Shown: positions 11,239 through 24,677 of the stretch, piece after piece
How positions within the stretch are numbered: the first letter of the stretch is position 1
Layout of the letters: every line of letters begins with the position of its first letter
IMG/VR virus record: IMGVR_UViG_3300027777_001718
Span: 1-64,000 of that record
DNA: 64,000 nucleotides
Direction: 5' to 3' (one strand)
DNA from: a virus
Notes under the pieces: model-generated
Told to the model about the DNA's origin: nothing
The model's database searches: none
The model's input: the letters and a program-made list of their open reading frames with translations, nothing else
Translations under genes and position numbers: made by a program

Positions 11239-11495
11239 TTAAAAATTACCGCCGTCTAAAACGTACTCAAGCCATGTAGTGAGATCGTCGGACAGCACCC
11301 ATTCTTGTTTCGTTTCAAGCACCAATACTACCATGCCTGCGCGACGCCGAGCAACTGGAATAGCGCTTAAATCGGTCGTGTTACTTACTGCCCGATAGCC
11401 CCCGCTGCCGTATTTATCAATATGCGTAGGAAACTGGTCTTCCTCTGCACCGGGAACAATGGGAGCGCCGACATTTGTGCCGCGAATAAACGCCA

Positions 11496-11496
<1 letters not shown>
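11239..11496 (-). CDS. Small fibre adaptor protein
   Basis: Start MAFIRG at a TAATG overlap with the upstream stop; IPVARRRAGMVV motif; ends VLDGGNF. Confidence 0.68.
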
Positions 11497-14630
<3,134 letters not shown>

Positions 14631-14651
14631 GGCACGACTTTATGGATGCAA

Positions 14652-15458
14652 TTAGAAAAAGCATATGATGCGCGCAAGGCCGCCTGAATCACACCCGACA
14701 ACAGTGCTTGAGGCTCGAATGGTAAACGCAATAGTTTTTGTGCTGTTAGCCAGTGTGAGTTCGTTCGCAGCAGTCGGGTAACGCGCATGCCACAAACTCG
14801 TGTTCGCTGTATAGCCCCAGTACGCGACCGTGTTAACTTCCTTGCCAACCGTGTGTGTAATAGTGATATCATTTGCTGCGATTGAGTACGTCCAGCCACT
14901 TGGCAGGTTGTAAACACTTGTTGGCGCAGATCCGGTGTAACTTACGTTGAACTCATACACCGTGTCGGCAGCCGAGGCACCAGTCGGGCCCGGTACACCT
15001 GTGGCGCCAGCTGGGCCTGTTACGCCAGTAAAGCCCAGCGGACCAGTAGCGCCTGTGACGCCTACCGCCCCTGTGGCGCCGCGAGGACCCGTTGCGCCCG
15101 TTACGCCGGCGCCAGTTGCGCCCTGCGGGCCTGTCGGCCCTGTAAGGCCAGTTGGTCCAGTGGCGCCTTGTGCCGCAGTAACCGGGATGCCACCGATTAA
15201 AATAACATTGGGATTACCCGTGGCCGAAACTGTCGGCGCAACGCCAGTGGGGCCAGTAACGCCAGCAGGGCCAGAAGCGCCAGTCGGCCCAGCAACGCCA
15301 GTGGCGCCAATCTTTTCAGCGTCGATAAGGGCGACAAGAGAAGCCGCCGTGACGCGTTTGGACGTATAGGGCGTTGTAGCCGTGTCAACAAGCGGAAGCA
15401 GGTCTGCGCCAGTCGGGGTAGTTTTTGCGGGCAGCTCAGATATCTTTTTGTTGGCCAT
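14652..15458 (-). CDS. Collagen-like fibre protein with KISELP N-terminus
   Basis: [10 protein letters not shown]; G-X-T repeats; NPNVILIGG insert shared with the 1044-aa protein. Confidence 0.8.
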   Translation of the reverse strand: MANKKISELPAKTTPTGADLLPLVDTATTPYTSKRVTAASLVALIDAEKIGATGVAGPTGASGPAGVTGPTGVAPTVSATGNPNVILIGGIPVTAAQGATGPTGLTGPTGPQGATGAGVTGATGPRGATGAVGVTGATGPLGFTGVTGPAGATGVPGPTGASAADTVYEFNVSYTGSAPTSVYNLPSGWTYSIAANDITITHTVGKEVNTVAYWGYTANTSLWHARYPTAANELTLANSTKTIAFTIRASSTVVGCDSGGLARIICFF

Positions 15459-15472
15459 AGTCTGCGCAACCC

Positions 15473-15781
15473 CTAGTAATTATTGTTGTCGTCTTCGTCT
15501 TCGTAGTGCCGTTGTTTATGCCCGGGTTTTTTGCTCGTCTTTGGCCCGTCTAGCTCATCCGCGGCTTTGTTCAGCCATTTGGCTAGTTTTCGGGCGTCTG
15601 CCGGAGTTAACAGCGGCGCCTGCGCGCCGTAAACATCAATTACAACACCCGACTCTGAATGACCGCCAGCGTCCCAACTACCAGCCTGCACAGTAACAGT
15701 TGGTGCTTCTTTTGGGTCAGCGCCCGCAAGAACGTTCTTAAATTCTATTAGATCGGGTGTATTTGCGACAACGGTAGCCAC
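15473..15781 (-). CDS. Hypothetical protein
   Basis: 102-aa ORF filling the operon tiling. Confidence 0.6.
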   Translation of the reverse strand: MATVVANTPDLIEFKNVLAGADPKEAPTVTVQAGSWDAGGHSESGVVIDVYGAQAPLLTPADARKLAKWLNKAADELDGPKTSKKPGHKQRHYEDEDDNNNY

Positions 15782-15787
15782 GCGATG

Positions 15788-16057
15788 TTAATCCTTTTCT
15801 GTATCGTCAACAATTACCGGCGCTGCAAAACGGCCAGCAATGCCGCCAAGAAACCGCCCGGTGTAATATTCCTTGGCGTCTTCTTCAGATAAGCCATCAG
15901 CCAGTAATTTTTCGCACAGCTTTGTTTTGCTATACACAGCTACTGGATCTGCATTGCCTACATACCCAAGACCGATTAAAGCACTGTCCATATTGTCAAA
16001 CAAAAAAGCGTCTGGATTCAAATCGCTTAATTGCGCTAAAACTTGCTGTGGTGACAT
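15788..16057 (-). CDS. Conserved phage hypothetical protein
   Basis: DxALIG...AVY...GLSEEDAKEYY pattern common in aquatic phages; coupled to the upstream gene. Confidence 0.65.
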   Translation of the reverse strand: MSPQQVLAQLSDLNPDAFLFDNMDSALIGLGYVGNADPVAVYSKTKLCEKLLADGLSEEDAKEYYTGRFLGGIAGRFAAPVIVDDTEKD

Positions 16058-16560
16058 TATGCAACTCCATTTTGGATATCTTCGAGAAACAAGATGGCTA
16101 CGTCACTTGCACGCCGATAACCTTCGCGTACGCCGTTTTGGTAATCAGCGCTCCCGGGCGGTGTGTTTTTACCGGTGAAATCAGCAATCGTGGCTAAAGC
16201 TGCGATTGCTTTGTTCTTCAAATTTCTATAATCATGCGAGTTTAAAACAGCTGCGTTATCGGTCGCCACAGCAGCTGCGTTTATTTTAGCTGTAAGCGGC
16301 GGTTGTATGCCAAGTTCCCGCAGCGCATAAGTAACCTGCAATAGTGCGTCAAAGTCAGAAAAAGCCTGCGGTGTATTCGGCACATACTTCTGCGCTAGCA
16401 TATGCAACGAAATACAAAGACTCGTCAGCTCGGCCACTTTACTGCGTTTCGTTGTTGTTAGGCTCGTTTCTTTAACCGCAGCAAGCCCCTTTGCGGCAAA
16501 AATGAAATCTTTACGCGCTGTGTGTTGCTGTTGCACCTGACTGGACAAAACCAATGACAT
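16057..16560 (-). CDS. Hypothetical protein
   Basis: One-base stop/start overlaps at both ends. Confidence 0.6.
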   Translation of the reverse strand: MSLVLSSQVQQQHTARKDFIFAAKGLAAVKETSLTTTKRSKVAELTSLCISLHMLAQKYVPNTPQAFSDFDALLQVTYALRELGIQPPLTAKINAAAVATDNAAVLNSHDYRNLKNKAIAALATIADFTGKNTPPGSADYQNGVREGYRRASDVAILFLEDIQNGVA

Positions 16561-17210
16561 CAGAGTAATTCCTTTAAAAATTGGGCTTTGTTATCAAAAT
16601 ACTGCTGCCACAAACCGTACACAGTTGCATGTGTTTCTTCAGGCGCCGCGGATGCCGAAATGCTGTGCACTTTGCAGGCAACATCCGGCACGCATTTTGC
16701 GTATTTCACGTACGCCGAACGCATACGGTTTTGGTCTAATAAGCACCGGCGCTCATAGCGATCCCGCGGTGCGCCAATACGCGCGCGACTTTCTTCCGGG
16801 CTGATATCTAAAAGAAAGCAGATGTCTGGGACAACACAAGATGTTTCCCGAAAAATCTGCAAAATCAAATCTGTAGAGATACGATTGATTTCGCCCTGAT
16901 AAACCAGCGTTGACAGCAGCCACCGGTCGCAAATGATCGTCACGCCGTCTTTGAGCTGCGCGCGGATATACGCCGCTAACTCTGCCCGCGCAGCAGAAAA
17001 AAGCAACATTTGTGCCGCTGCGGCGATTGGCGCTTCGTTGTCGAGCAGAATTTCCCGTATGGCTTTGCCGACCCGAGTTGTGCCCGGATCTGCTACTAAC
17101 TCAACAGTCAAATCTTGACCCTGCAGCCGCTCGTACAGCATCCGGGTTTGCGTACTTTTCCCGGCGCCGTCAATACCCTCAAAACAAATGAACAATGGAA
17201 TCCTTTCCAA
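16560..17210 (-). CDS. tmk: Thymidylate (dTMP) kinase
   Basis: FEGIDGAGKSTQ P-loop, LLFSAAR, DRWxxSTLVYQG, PD, DRYE motifs. Confidence 0.95.
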   Translation of the reverse strand: MERIPLFICFEGIDGAGKSTQTRMLYERLQGQDLTVELVADPGTTRVGKAIREILLDNEAPIAAAAQMLLFSAARAELAAYIRAQLKDGVTIICDRWLLSTLVYQGEINRISTDLILQIFRETSCVVPDICFLLDISPEESRARIGAPRDRYERRCLLDQNRMRSAYVKYAKCVPDVACKVHSISASAAPEETHATVYGLWQQYFDNKAQFLKELL

Positions 17211-17218
17211 GTACAGCC

Positions 17219-17539
17219 TTAACGACCGGTAATGCTAAAACTCGCTGAATCTCCGAGTACAGGCTTTACAATTTTGCTGCCAGCATTCCCAGTGATATTG
17301 ATCACATCTTGCGGCACTTGAATATCTAACTCAGTAGCTGGCGCAAACAGCACTAGCTCAGTGCCGTCAGCAAAACGCAGCGCCATACCAGCCTGCGCCA
17401 TACCCAAGCCAACAACTCCATGCGACCTTAACCAAGCCGCCGCATACGAGCAAAACGCCGCTAGCTCTGGCGTCCTAAGTTCTGCCGACTCGCTGGTATA
17501 GTCGTCAAGGATCTTGGCTAGAACTTCGCTTTTTTGCAT
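17219..17539 (-). CDS. Hypothetical protein
   Basis: 106-aa ORF in the operon. Confidence 0.55.
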   Translation of the reverse strand: MQKSEVLAKILDDYTSESAELRTPELAAFCSYAAAWLRSHGVVGLGMAQAGMALRFADGTELVLFAPATELDIQVPQDVINITGNAGSKIVKPVLGDSASFSITGR

Positions 17540-18266
17540 AACGCACCTTTCGTTTTTTAGATTCTACTGTAGCTGCTTTTTCTTCTGCCGCCACACGCTC
17601 ACGAAGAGCCTTTGTATTTTGTGCTACACATTTGTCAAGTTTTGCTTTTTGCCGGCAGCCTTTTATGGTCTGGCTCACGTCCGACAAAAGATTTCGGGCT
17701 GCGTGCACGTACAACCGCAATACGTAGAAACGATTTGCTGCGTGAATAGCCAGCAAGTCGCCGTCCAGTTGCGTCAGAACCTTTTTTGTCTTGGGTACTG
17801 CCAAAATTCCCGAAGAATTCAACACATTTAGCGCCGCTTTTGCCGTGCAAATAATGTCAGCAACCACGACAATCTGCGCGCCTACCGGGCTCTGGCTCAG
17901 CCGCCCGCGAAATTCCATATCGCGCTTTGTCTCAACCAGCCGAAAATCACGACTGATGTCTGCTACCATCGCCGCAATCTGAACCGTTGTGACTTCAGCG
18001 ATGTTTTCAAAAGCACACGCGCTTACGTTGAGTATGTCGTGCAACAGTGCCGTCTGCACAATAGCACTAATGCTGTCTTTGGTGTCATCCGGCATGAAAT
18101 CCGCACGCACATCCTGATACAGCTTCTGCGCAATTGTTTCCGCCATGTAGGCTACGGCTACGCAATGATCGACGAGAATTTCGCCAAAATGAGCGTGTCG
18201 CGACCCGTAATGTTGTTTTGCAAAAACAAGCGTTTTCTGAATTGGTGTTTCAGCTTCTTTTTTCAT
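17505..18266 (-). CDS. RelA/SpoT-type HD-domain protein (Mesh1/SAH-like), degenerate
   Basis: FAKQHY...DHCVAVA...ALLHDILNV...VADISRD...VVVADII; GGAGG RBS before ATG 18266. Confidence 0.72.
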   Translation of the reverse strand: MKKEAETPIQKTLVFAKQHYGSRHAHFGEILVDHCVAVAYMAETIAQKLYQDVRADFMPDDTKDSISAIVQTALLHDILNVSACAFENIAEVTTVQIAAMVADISRDFRLVETKRDMEFRGRLSQSPVGAQIVVVADIICTAKAALNVLNSSGILAVPKTKKVLTQLDGDLLAIHAANRFYVLRLYVHAARNLLSDVSQTIKGCRQKAKLDKCVAQNTKALRERVAAEEKAATVESKKRKVRYAKKRSSSQDP

Positions 18267-18283
18267 GGCACCTCCGTGTGCCG

Positions 18284-19327
18284 TCAGACAAGCCGCAATA
18301 TTGTTTGCCATCCAAGGTCAAATGATTTGCGTCTCGCCGCTAAGTTGTAGTTGATTTGTTTGTTAAGCGCGTCAATGTGCCAAGGTTCTGCAATAAGTGT
18401 CTGCAGTACGGTGACCAAACCCTCGTAATCTGGCGCCGCATGTGGCACACCATTGTCGTCAAAGTCTATTTGAGTTTTAACCAATACGCCGTTTGTATTT
18501 GGATAGATGTAGTCATTTTGCGGCGAAAGATTGAATGTCAGAACTGGCGTTCCGCAGTTAATCGACGTTAGGCCGCAAATACCGTAATTGTCGCACTCGG
18601 CTGGAAACAGTGTTAAATCGTGCTCGGTGTACACGGCCGGGCGCTTATTGAGCGGTATATTGCGCACAAGTTTAACGCGCCCATTCGTTTTCTGCCCCAG
18701 TTTCTGAAAAAATTTCGCAATGCCGGGCGCAAACCGACAAGATGAGATAGCTACGGTTAACCGCGCGTCGGGCATTTTAGGCAGCAAATAGCCTAGAAGA
18801 TTAAGAAACTGGCTATTTGCACAACGCGCATTTCGGTCAAACCACGGTAAAAATATCTTTACTTGCCGCTCGTTTACTGCTTTGGTTTTTTTAATAACCG
18901 GCATACCCGCGTCAAACGGAATCAGCGTTACATTTTTAAACTTATAGACTGTCGCAAATAGCTCGCGGCATTCTGTAGTGAGCGCAATGACGTGGTCTGT
19001 GTTCTTCATTACCTTGCGAAATGGCCGCGCAAGATCCTGCCACATAGGCACAACAATAGTTGTAATACCGAGCCGCTTTGCGTAATTCAGCTGCTCAATT
19101 TTTGGCGTGTGAGTCCAAATAATCGTCGAGCAATCACGGGCCCAGTGCGTGTATTTACAAACACGCTTGTGCCTTACGCGATTATCTTGCGGCGCTGATA
19201 ATTTTGCTGGGACGCTGTCGGAGTAAATACTGTAGTCCGCGCCGTTTTTGCGTAAAAGATCAACGAGGCGTAATGTGAAATAAGCCTCGTCGCAGTGAGC
19301 GTAGTGGGTGTAAATACCAATGCGCAT
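18284..19327 (-). CDS. Glycosyltransferase, GT-B fold (GT4-like)
   Basis: MRIGIY start; DHVIALT; DLTLFPAECDNYGICGLTSINCGTPVLT resembles the GT4 E-x-F-G...EA..G.PV motif. Confidence 0.8.
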   Translation of the reverse strand: MRIGIYTHYAHCDEAYFTLRLVDLLRKNGADYSIYSDSVPAKLSAPQDNRVRHKRVCKYTHWARDCSTIIWTHTPKIEQLNYAKRLGITTIVVPMWQDLARPFRKVMKNTDHVIALTTECRELFATVYKFKNVTLIPFDAGMPVIKKTKAVNERQVKIFLPWFDRNARCANSQFLNLLGYLLPKMPDARLTVAISSCRFAPGIAKFFQKLGQKTNGRVKLVRNIPLNKRPAVYTEHDLTLFPAECDNYGICGLTSINCGTPVLTFNLSPQNDYIYPNTNGVLVKTQIDFDDNGVPHAAPDYEGLVTVLQTLIAEPWHIDALNKQINYNLAARRKSFDLGWQTILRLV

Positions 19328-19328
19328 A

Positions 19329-21284
19329 TTATGGTCCGGCGGGCGCGCCACCTTGACCACCGCCAAATTGCTGCTGCATCATCATCTGCCCGCCCTCTGA
19401 CCGCGCCTGCGCCCTAATGTCATCGATCATGCTTGTAACCAGTGCGTGCATCGTCGGATCAGCATTCTTGAGCTTTGTGAGTTCAGCATCTTTCTGCTGC
19501 TCAGGCATAGATAACAGTTGGTTTGCAATAAGCTGCGCCTGACTCTGCAGATCCTCTGGCGTACGCGGCACGTTCGGCGCATTTTGCCGCTGCGACAGGA
19601 ATTGATCCACGGGACTAGGCGGCGGACCCGCGGGGGCACCCGCTGGCGGTGCGCCGCCACCGCCCTGACTTGGATCGCCGCCGCCTTGAGGTGGTGGCGC
19701 CCCCGTTGCGCTCGCGCCAGTGTTGCCGGCGCCCATCATCATGTCGGGCGACTGGCTCATGGCCTTCATCTGTTGCGACTGTTCCATCTCTTCTTGCATG
19801 CGCGACTGCTCTTCTGCATAGATGCGCTGCTCTTCCAGCATCCGCTTGATCTCTTCCTCGTAATCCAAACCAACGCTCTTGAGACCAGTACTCTGAGAAA
19901 TCTGCTGGCCCTGCATGAGTTGCAGTTTAGCCATCTGCCGATTGAGATCGTCGGCGTGAGTGACCCGAACGAGCTTGGCATTGACAGCCGACCACGACAT
20001 GACCCGCGCGATATTGTTAACTAAATCCGTCAGGAAGATATTCAGGTTGTGCGGCAAGTGGCTCCAGTTAGCTTCAAACAGGCGCAGGGCTGCCGGAGCT
20101 GCTTGGAACGTCAGAGTGCCATTGAACAGCTCTACGGGCATGCCAATACACTTCAGAAGCGTTTCTTGCCCTTGGTCTAGTAGCTCGCGTGGCGCAAGTT
20201 GGCTGGCGTCTCCGCCGAGTGCTTGGTAGTTCACCGGAAACGGTAAGACGTTCCAACGCGCCGGGTCTGCTCTGCGCGCGCGAATCATAGAAGATACGCG
20301 CGCTGAAAAGCTGGAAAGATTAATAGAATGTACCGGGTCACCAGACGACGGATCGCCGCCACGTGGCGCCGGCGTAATGACTCGAAACGGAATGACGTAA
20401 TCCAGCGCTATGGCTTCGTTGTAACGCTGCAGGATCTGGACGTACCACGCTTGCCGGAAATTTGTCAGCACACGCGAAATACCCCAGCCGCGGTTACGCA
20501 TGCCAGCCAGCGCATCTTCCTTCAGGTGGAAAATCACACCCTTGTCAAACATCAGGTTTTTGCCGTCTTTGACAGCCTGAATGATTTCCCAGCTAGCACG
20601 TGAAATATGGTGTAGATGGCCCTGCCGAATCAGGTTGCGATAATCTTCTGGAATCTTCCATACATAAGTACACTCGCCGGTGTATGGATCCCAGAGCAGC
20701 TCAATTTCGTGCGGGCTCCAGCGCTTCACGTTCATTTGCGCGTTGTCGCCGCCACGCCTGTCGATGTGTTTCCACTTGCCGACAAACTTGCAGTTCGGGC
20801 AAGTTGCGTGAAATTGAAAGTTTTGCCATGAAAACGCGCATTGCTCAGAGTTGTATACGCGCTCAAGCGGCATTTCAAGGCCGCAGTGCGGGCACGACAG
20901 ATAGCGCCTAAACGGCACAATCAGGCTGGTAAACGAATTGCCGTATGTCAGATAATCGAGCGCAACGCTGTGCAGAACATTTTTAATGCTTAACGTGTCT
21001 TCCAGAAACACGCGAAACTTTTCTTTTTCTTCGCGGCCAACTGTATTTTCACCCGCGTCTTTAATCTCAACGTCTGTAATAAAATACGACACAACCCGGT
21101 CAATAGCCTGTCGATACGGCCCATTGGCGTTCAAAATATATTCGCACCAGCGGAGCGCTGTCTGAATGCTCTCGGGCATCGACAGGCTAGCGACGTCGCA
21201 GAACGGGTCTGGAAACCGCTCGTCGGCCTGTACTCCGCGACCAAGCGAGTTATAGCCCATGCCCGATGATGGTTGTAGCGACAC
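19329..21284 (-). CDS. Portal protein with inserted Zn-ribbon and Q/P/G-rich tail
   Basis: Portal-like helical N-terminus (RQAIDRVVSYFITD, ALDYLTYGNSF, IFHLKE..GWG); CPHC/CPNC insert; low-complexity C-terminus. Confidence 0.72.
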   Translation of the reverse strand: MSLQPSSGMGYNSLGRGVQADERFPDPFCDVASLSMPESIQTALRWCEYILNANGPYRQAIDRVVSYFITDVEIKDAGENTVGREEKEKFRVFLEDTLSIKNVLHSVALDYLTYGNSFTSLIVPFRRYLSCPHCGLEMPLERVYNSEQCAFSWQNFQFHATCPNCKFVGKWKHIDRRGGDNAQMNVKRWSPHEIELLWDPYTGECTYVWKIPEDYRNLIRQGHLHHISRASWEIIQAVKDGKNLMFDKGVIFHLKEDALAGMRNRGWGISRVLTNFRQAWYVQILQRYNEAIALDYVIPFRVITPAPRGGDPSSGDPVHSINLSSFSARVSSMIRARRADPARWNVLPFPVNYQALGGDASQLAPRELLDQGQETLLKCIGMPVELFNGTLTFQAAPAALRLFEANWSHLPHNLNIFLTDLVNNIARVMSWSAVNAKLVRVTHADDLNRQMAKLQLMQGQQISQSTGLKSVGLDYEEEIKRMLEEQRIYAEEQSRMQEEMEQSQQMKAMSQSPDMMMGAGNTGASATGAPPPQGGGDPSQGGGGAPPAGAPAGPPPSPVDQFLSQRQNAPNVPRTPEDLQSQAQLIANQLLSMPEQQKDAELTKLKNADPTMHALVTSMIDDIRAQARSEGGQMMMQQQFGGGQGGAPAGP

Positions 21285-21301
21285 AGTTGCGCCTCTTGCG
21301 C

Positions 21302-21466
21302 CTAGTTAGTGGCTGCACGCGCGGCTTCAGCTGCGCGCTTGCGAAAGTCATTATCCAGCTCAGCTACTGCTGGTGTTTGGGCTGACGCGTGCTGTGACTC
21401 TTTCGTGCGCTCAGGCAAATCTTCAGCCGGAGTTATACCCGGCTCAATAACGCCACGTTTTTCCAT
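21302..21466 (-). CDS. Small hypothetical protein
   Basis: MEKRGV start directly after the upstream stop. Confidence 0.5.
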   Translation of the reverse strand: MEKRGVIEPGITPAEDLPERTKESQHASAQTPAVAELDNDFRKRAAEAARAATN

Positions 21467-21467
21467 G

Positions 21468-22412
21468 TCATTCCTCGGCATACTGAGCCCGAACCGCGCG
21501 CTCAACCATTAAAATGCAGTATTCGCGGTTATCATAAACATACTGAAATCCGGTCGTATGGACAAGGTATAAACGAGTATCATCGCCTATTTTAACAGCC
21601 CACGGGCGCTGATACGGGTCATTTGACGGCGGAAACCAACGGGCGGCGTTCTGATCAAAACGTAAATCGTAAACAAGTACGATAAAGCCGCTCTCTTCCG
21701 CAATATCTGGTTCTGTGCGCCCAACAGAAACAATTACGTCGTGAAAAAAGGCCGGAACTGTACCAATACCTTCTTTTTCAAAGTACGCTAATTTTTGCGG
21801 CGGCCCGACAGCTACGTTTTTTGTAATTGCAGTCTGCTGGGCTGTTGTAATAGGCATCGGTTGTTTCTTCATGCCAAAGGCGGCCATCGGGCTGTAGCTG
21901 CGATCAATTTTTTCTACGGGAATTGCGGCTGGCGGCCGATTTTCACTGTATGCCGGCTCATACCTCGTTTCTTCTGCCAGCGCTGCCAACATTTCCGCCT
22001 CTTCTTGAGCCGGGGGCACTGGTGGCGGCTTTACGGCAACAGTTGCTTTCTTTACAGGCACACGCTGTACGCTAGACTTCGCTATTTTTGCCAGTTCTTC
22101 AAATGCCACGGCGGCGCGCTCCCTAATTGAATTGATATCATTACCGACAACCTGATTTTTGGCTATAGCCATCGCCTGCTCGACACTGCCAGCCGTAATC
22201 TGATCCAGCGTCATGGATTGACTGTTCGGCCCGTCTGGCTCAATATTAATTTGAATGCTGCCGCGAGCGTGCGGATCAAAGTTAATAGGTACACCGCCGG
22301 GGGTCGACGGCGCTACGATCACACCGCGGATACCTTTGGCGCCGCCACGCATTAAGTCAGCCATCGACCGGCCGTTATTCATCCGTTCTGTTGCCGGGTC
22401 GCCGTACTGCAT
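21468..22412 (-). CDS. Hypothetical protein
   Basis: 314-aa ORF with a Pro-rich linker. Confidence 0.65.
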   Translation of the reverse strand: MQYGDPATERMNNGRSMADLMRGGAKGIRGVIVAPSTPGGVPINFDPHARGSIQINIEPDGPNSQSMTLDQITAGSVEQAMAIAKNQVVGNDINSIRERAAVAFEELAKIAKSSVQRVPVKKATVAVKPPPVPPAQEEAEMLAALAEETRYEPAYSENRPPAAIPVEKIDRSYSPMAAFGMKKQPMPITTAQQTAITKNVAVGPPQKLAYFEKEGIGTVPAFFHDVIVSVGRTEPDIAEESGFIVLVYDLRFDQNAARWFPPSNDPYQRPWAVKIGDDTRLYLVHTTGFQYVYDNREYCILMVERAVRAQYAEE

Positions 22413-22428
22413 AAAAGCTCCGATAGCT

Positions 22429-22465
22429 AAAAAAAAGGGGGGAGCAGCCTATGCTGCTTCCCCCC
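22429..22465 (-). terminator. Rho-independent terminator
   Basis: GGGGGG-AGCAGC/GCTGCT-CCCCCC stem followed by a U8 tract on the minus strand. Confidence 0.8.
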
Positions 22466-22739
22466 TGAACGATTCTGGACTTAACTCAGGGCACACGTTG
22501 TATAACCGATCCCGCGGGATTTGGAAATACAATCTGCCCAAAGGAAGCCCCGTGCCACACGCCAGCGGCACTTGTTCTGGTACGGGCAGCACTTCTGCTA
22601 ACACAGTACCCGAGATAAGTTGCGCTACCACCAAACCCAAAGTTTCGTCCTGTGAAAAGAACGGAAGCGTATACGGCTTGTCATCTATTTCTAGAAGCCA
22701 GTCCAATACGTTTTTCTCGGGTTTGATGAAGTAACGCAT
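22449..22739 (-). CDS. Hypothetical protein
   Basis: 96-aa ORF coupled to the upstream gene. Confidence 0.6.
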   Translation of the reverse strand: MRYFIKPEKNVLDWLLEIDDKPYTLPFFSQDETLGLVVAQLISGTVLAEVLPVPEQVPLACGTGLPLGRLYFQIPRDRLYNVCPELSPESFRGEAA

Positions 22740-23974
22740 TAGGCGCCAGCCTCTGCCATAGCTTCTTTCGCCGCCAGATGCGCCGGCTTCCAGTTCACAG
22801 GCGCCAGAAAATCACCGCCGTACCAAGCCGGCATCGACTCTTGCCACGCATCCACGGTATTAACCTGAATCTTACTCAGCCGATTCAGGATCACCGGCTG
22901 ACCCGGGCTAAGAGCCGCAGCCAGCAGTTCTTGGTCGGTAGCTTCGCGCTGGGCCCGACCACTTGCCACACGCCGCAGCTGAACTGCCGCGGCTTGTGGG
23001 TGAGACACAATAGCTGTTTTGATATCAACAGCCACAGTGACCGAAGAGTCCGTATCGAGAAACGCGTCACACACGCTTTCCTCGGACAGCGCATAGTCCG
23101 GCAACGCGGCCCGGAACTCAACCGACATCTCGTCGAGAACCCACTGGGCTACGTTCTCGACATCGTCAATACCGCGCCGCGCCAGAATCTTCGCGGCGGG
23201 ATTTGGCAGCTCGATTTCGACGTCATCAGCAGCGCCGATGTCCAGTGGCCGATCTACAGCACCGAGAACCGGGCTGTAGTCTTCGACTACCAGATTGTTG
23301 CTGATGCCGTCCGCCAGCAGCTCGTCTGGAAGAGCTGCCGCAGCAACACGGATCATCTTGCCGTCTACCGTTACCAGATCCTGATAGAACATATTGCGAT
23401 ACTGCTCTATCAGTTCTGCCGGCGCTGCGGCCATAGCCAGCGCCGTCAGCTTGTCGTGGTCAACCACCTCGTGGCCGGGCTGAAACGACATGTACAGCTT
23501 TGGCCATTTTGGCTCAGCCAGCTGCAGGCTTTCGCCGCGGAGTGTGGCGTAGCCAATGTCCGCAATCTTCCTCAAGATATCGCACCCAAGCTTGCAGTTC
23601 ATGCGATGCTTGGGTCGCGCCAGATTCAGCTGGTTTCCGCGCCCACCCGAAATAATCGGCGCACGAAAATCAACCTTTCCACGGGTCTGAAAAATCAGAT
23701 GCCCGTTGCTGGGGTGCGCCGTTGCCCACGACAGTGTCAGCCCGCCGTGCTGCGTCACCTCAAGGTTCAACGCCAGCGGGCGCGTGGCATCCCAAGGCCT
23801 GCGCAGGCGATTATTGAACGTCGCCATCGCCCCGGGGAGCCACTCATTGCCAAACAACCCAACACATATGTCGGCCACGCGGCTGAAATTACGCACTGTG
23901 TCAGCGTGAAAACCAGCCAGATCGAACTGTCGGTTTAACATCTTTTTCTTTTCCTTCATAGGATGATCTGACAA
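22739..23974 (-). CDS. Hypothetical protein
   Basis: 411-aa ORF; no recognised motif. Confidence 0.7.
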   Translation of the reverse strand: MSDHPMKEKKKMLNRQFDLAGFHADTVRNFSRVADICVGLFGNEWLPGAMATFNNRLRRPWDATRPLALNLEVTQHGGLTLSWATAHPSNGHLIFQTRGKVDFRAPIISGGRGNQLNLARPKHRMNCKLGCDILRKIADIGYATLRGESLQLAEPKWPKLYMSFQPGHEVVDHDKLTALAMAAAPAELIEQYRNMFYQDLVTVDGKMIRVAAAALPDELLADGISNNLVVEDYSPVLGAVDRPLDIGAADDVEIELPNPAAKILARRGIDDVENVAQWVLDEMSVEFRAALPDYALSEESVCDAFLDTDSSVTVAVDIKTAIVSHPQAAAVQLRRVASGRAQREATDQELLAAALSPGQPVILNRLSKIQVNTVDAWQESMPAWYGGDFLAPVNWKPAHLAAKEAMAEAGA

Positions 23975-24146
23975 CGTCGCGCCTGCGCGTGTCAGAATTG
24001 GTGAAAAACTCGTTTGTAGAAAACAACCGCCAATCCCGCACCGTTACGGCAAATGGCTTTTCGTCATACGGGTAGACAAGAATATTTCCGTCTCCCAATG
24101 CTCGCTGCTTCTTTACAGCTTTACCCTTGTACTTGACGATTCTCAT
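23901..24146 (-). CDS. Small hypothetical protein
   Basis: AGGAGG RBS upstream. Confidence 0.55.
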   Translation of the reverse strand: MRIVKYKGKAVKKQRALGDGNILVYPYDEKPFAVTVRDWRLFSTNEFFTNSDTRRRDVVRSSYEGKEKDVKPTVRSGWFSR

Positions 24147-24243
24147 TCATCGTTCCTCCTTACAGCACTACGGCTGCAGTCATAAGTTGCCAGCTGCAAG
24201 CGAAACAGCTGCGCAATAAATATGCCCGCCTATACCGTTTTAT

Positions 24244-24675
24244 TTAGCTGTCCGGGTCGGGTAATACGCTGTCAAACACGTTTAACACGTCATCGCTATC
24301 GTCTTGGAAAAACTCGTCTGATTGTGAATTGCCTTTTGGCTGCTGCGGCCCCTTAATTTCTGGCGGTCCTTCAAGGTGCACCGGGTCTAACCCTAGGTAC
24401 CCTGTCTCGTCCGGCTCCAGATTTTCTGTCGGCGGATTAAACAATGGCTGCGGGCCCCACGGTGTCAGCAAGTGCCGGAATGGCGGTTTTGATATCTGTA
24501 ACCGAGTGCCGGCAAAACTAAACACCGATACGTCGCGGTCAATAAGCGATTTCACGCGCTCGACCAGCTCCGCTATCTCATCAAACTCTTCCACGGCGTA
24601 TGTGCCGTCGGCGTGCAGAATAGCGGCGTAAAATTTAATTACATCCAACTGCGGTTGTTCGCTGTCCGCTGGCAT
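24244..24675 (-). CDS. Hypothetical protein with acidic C-terminus
   Basis: 143-aa ORF. Confidence 0.6.
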   Translation of the reverse strand: MPADSEQPQLDVIKFYAAILHADGTYAVEEFDEIAELVERVKSLIDRDVSVFSFAGTRLQISKPPFRHLLTPWGPQPLFNPPTENLEPDETGYLGLDPVHLEGPPEIKGPQQPKGNSQSDEFFQDDSDDVLNVFDSVLPDPDS

Positions 24676-24677
24676 AT

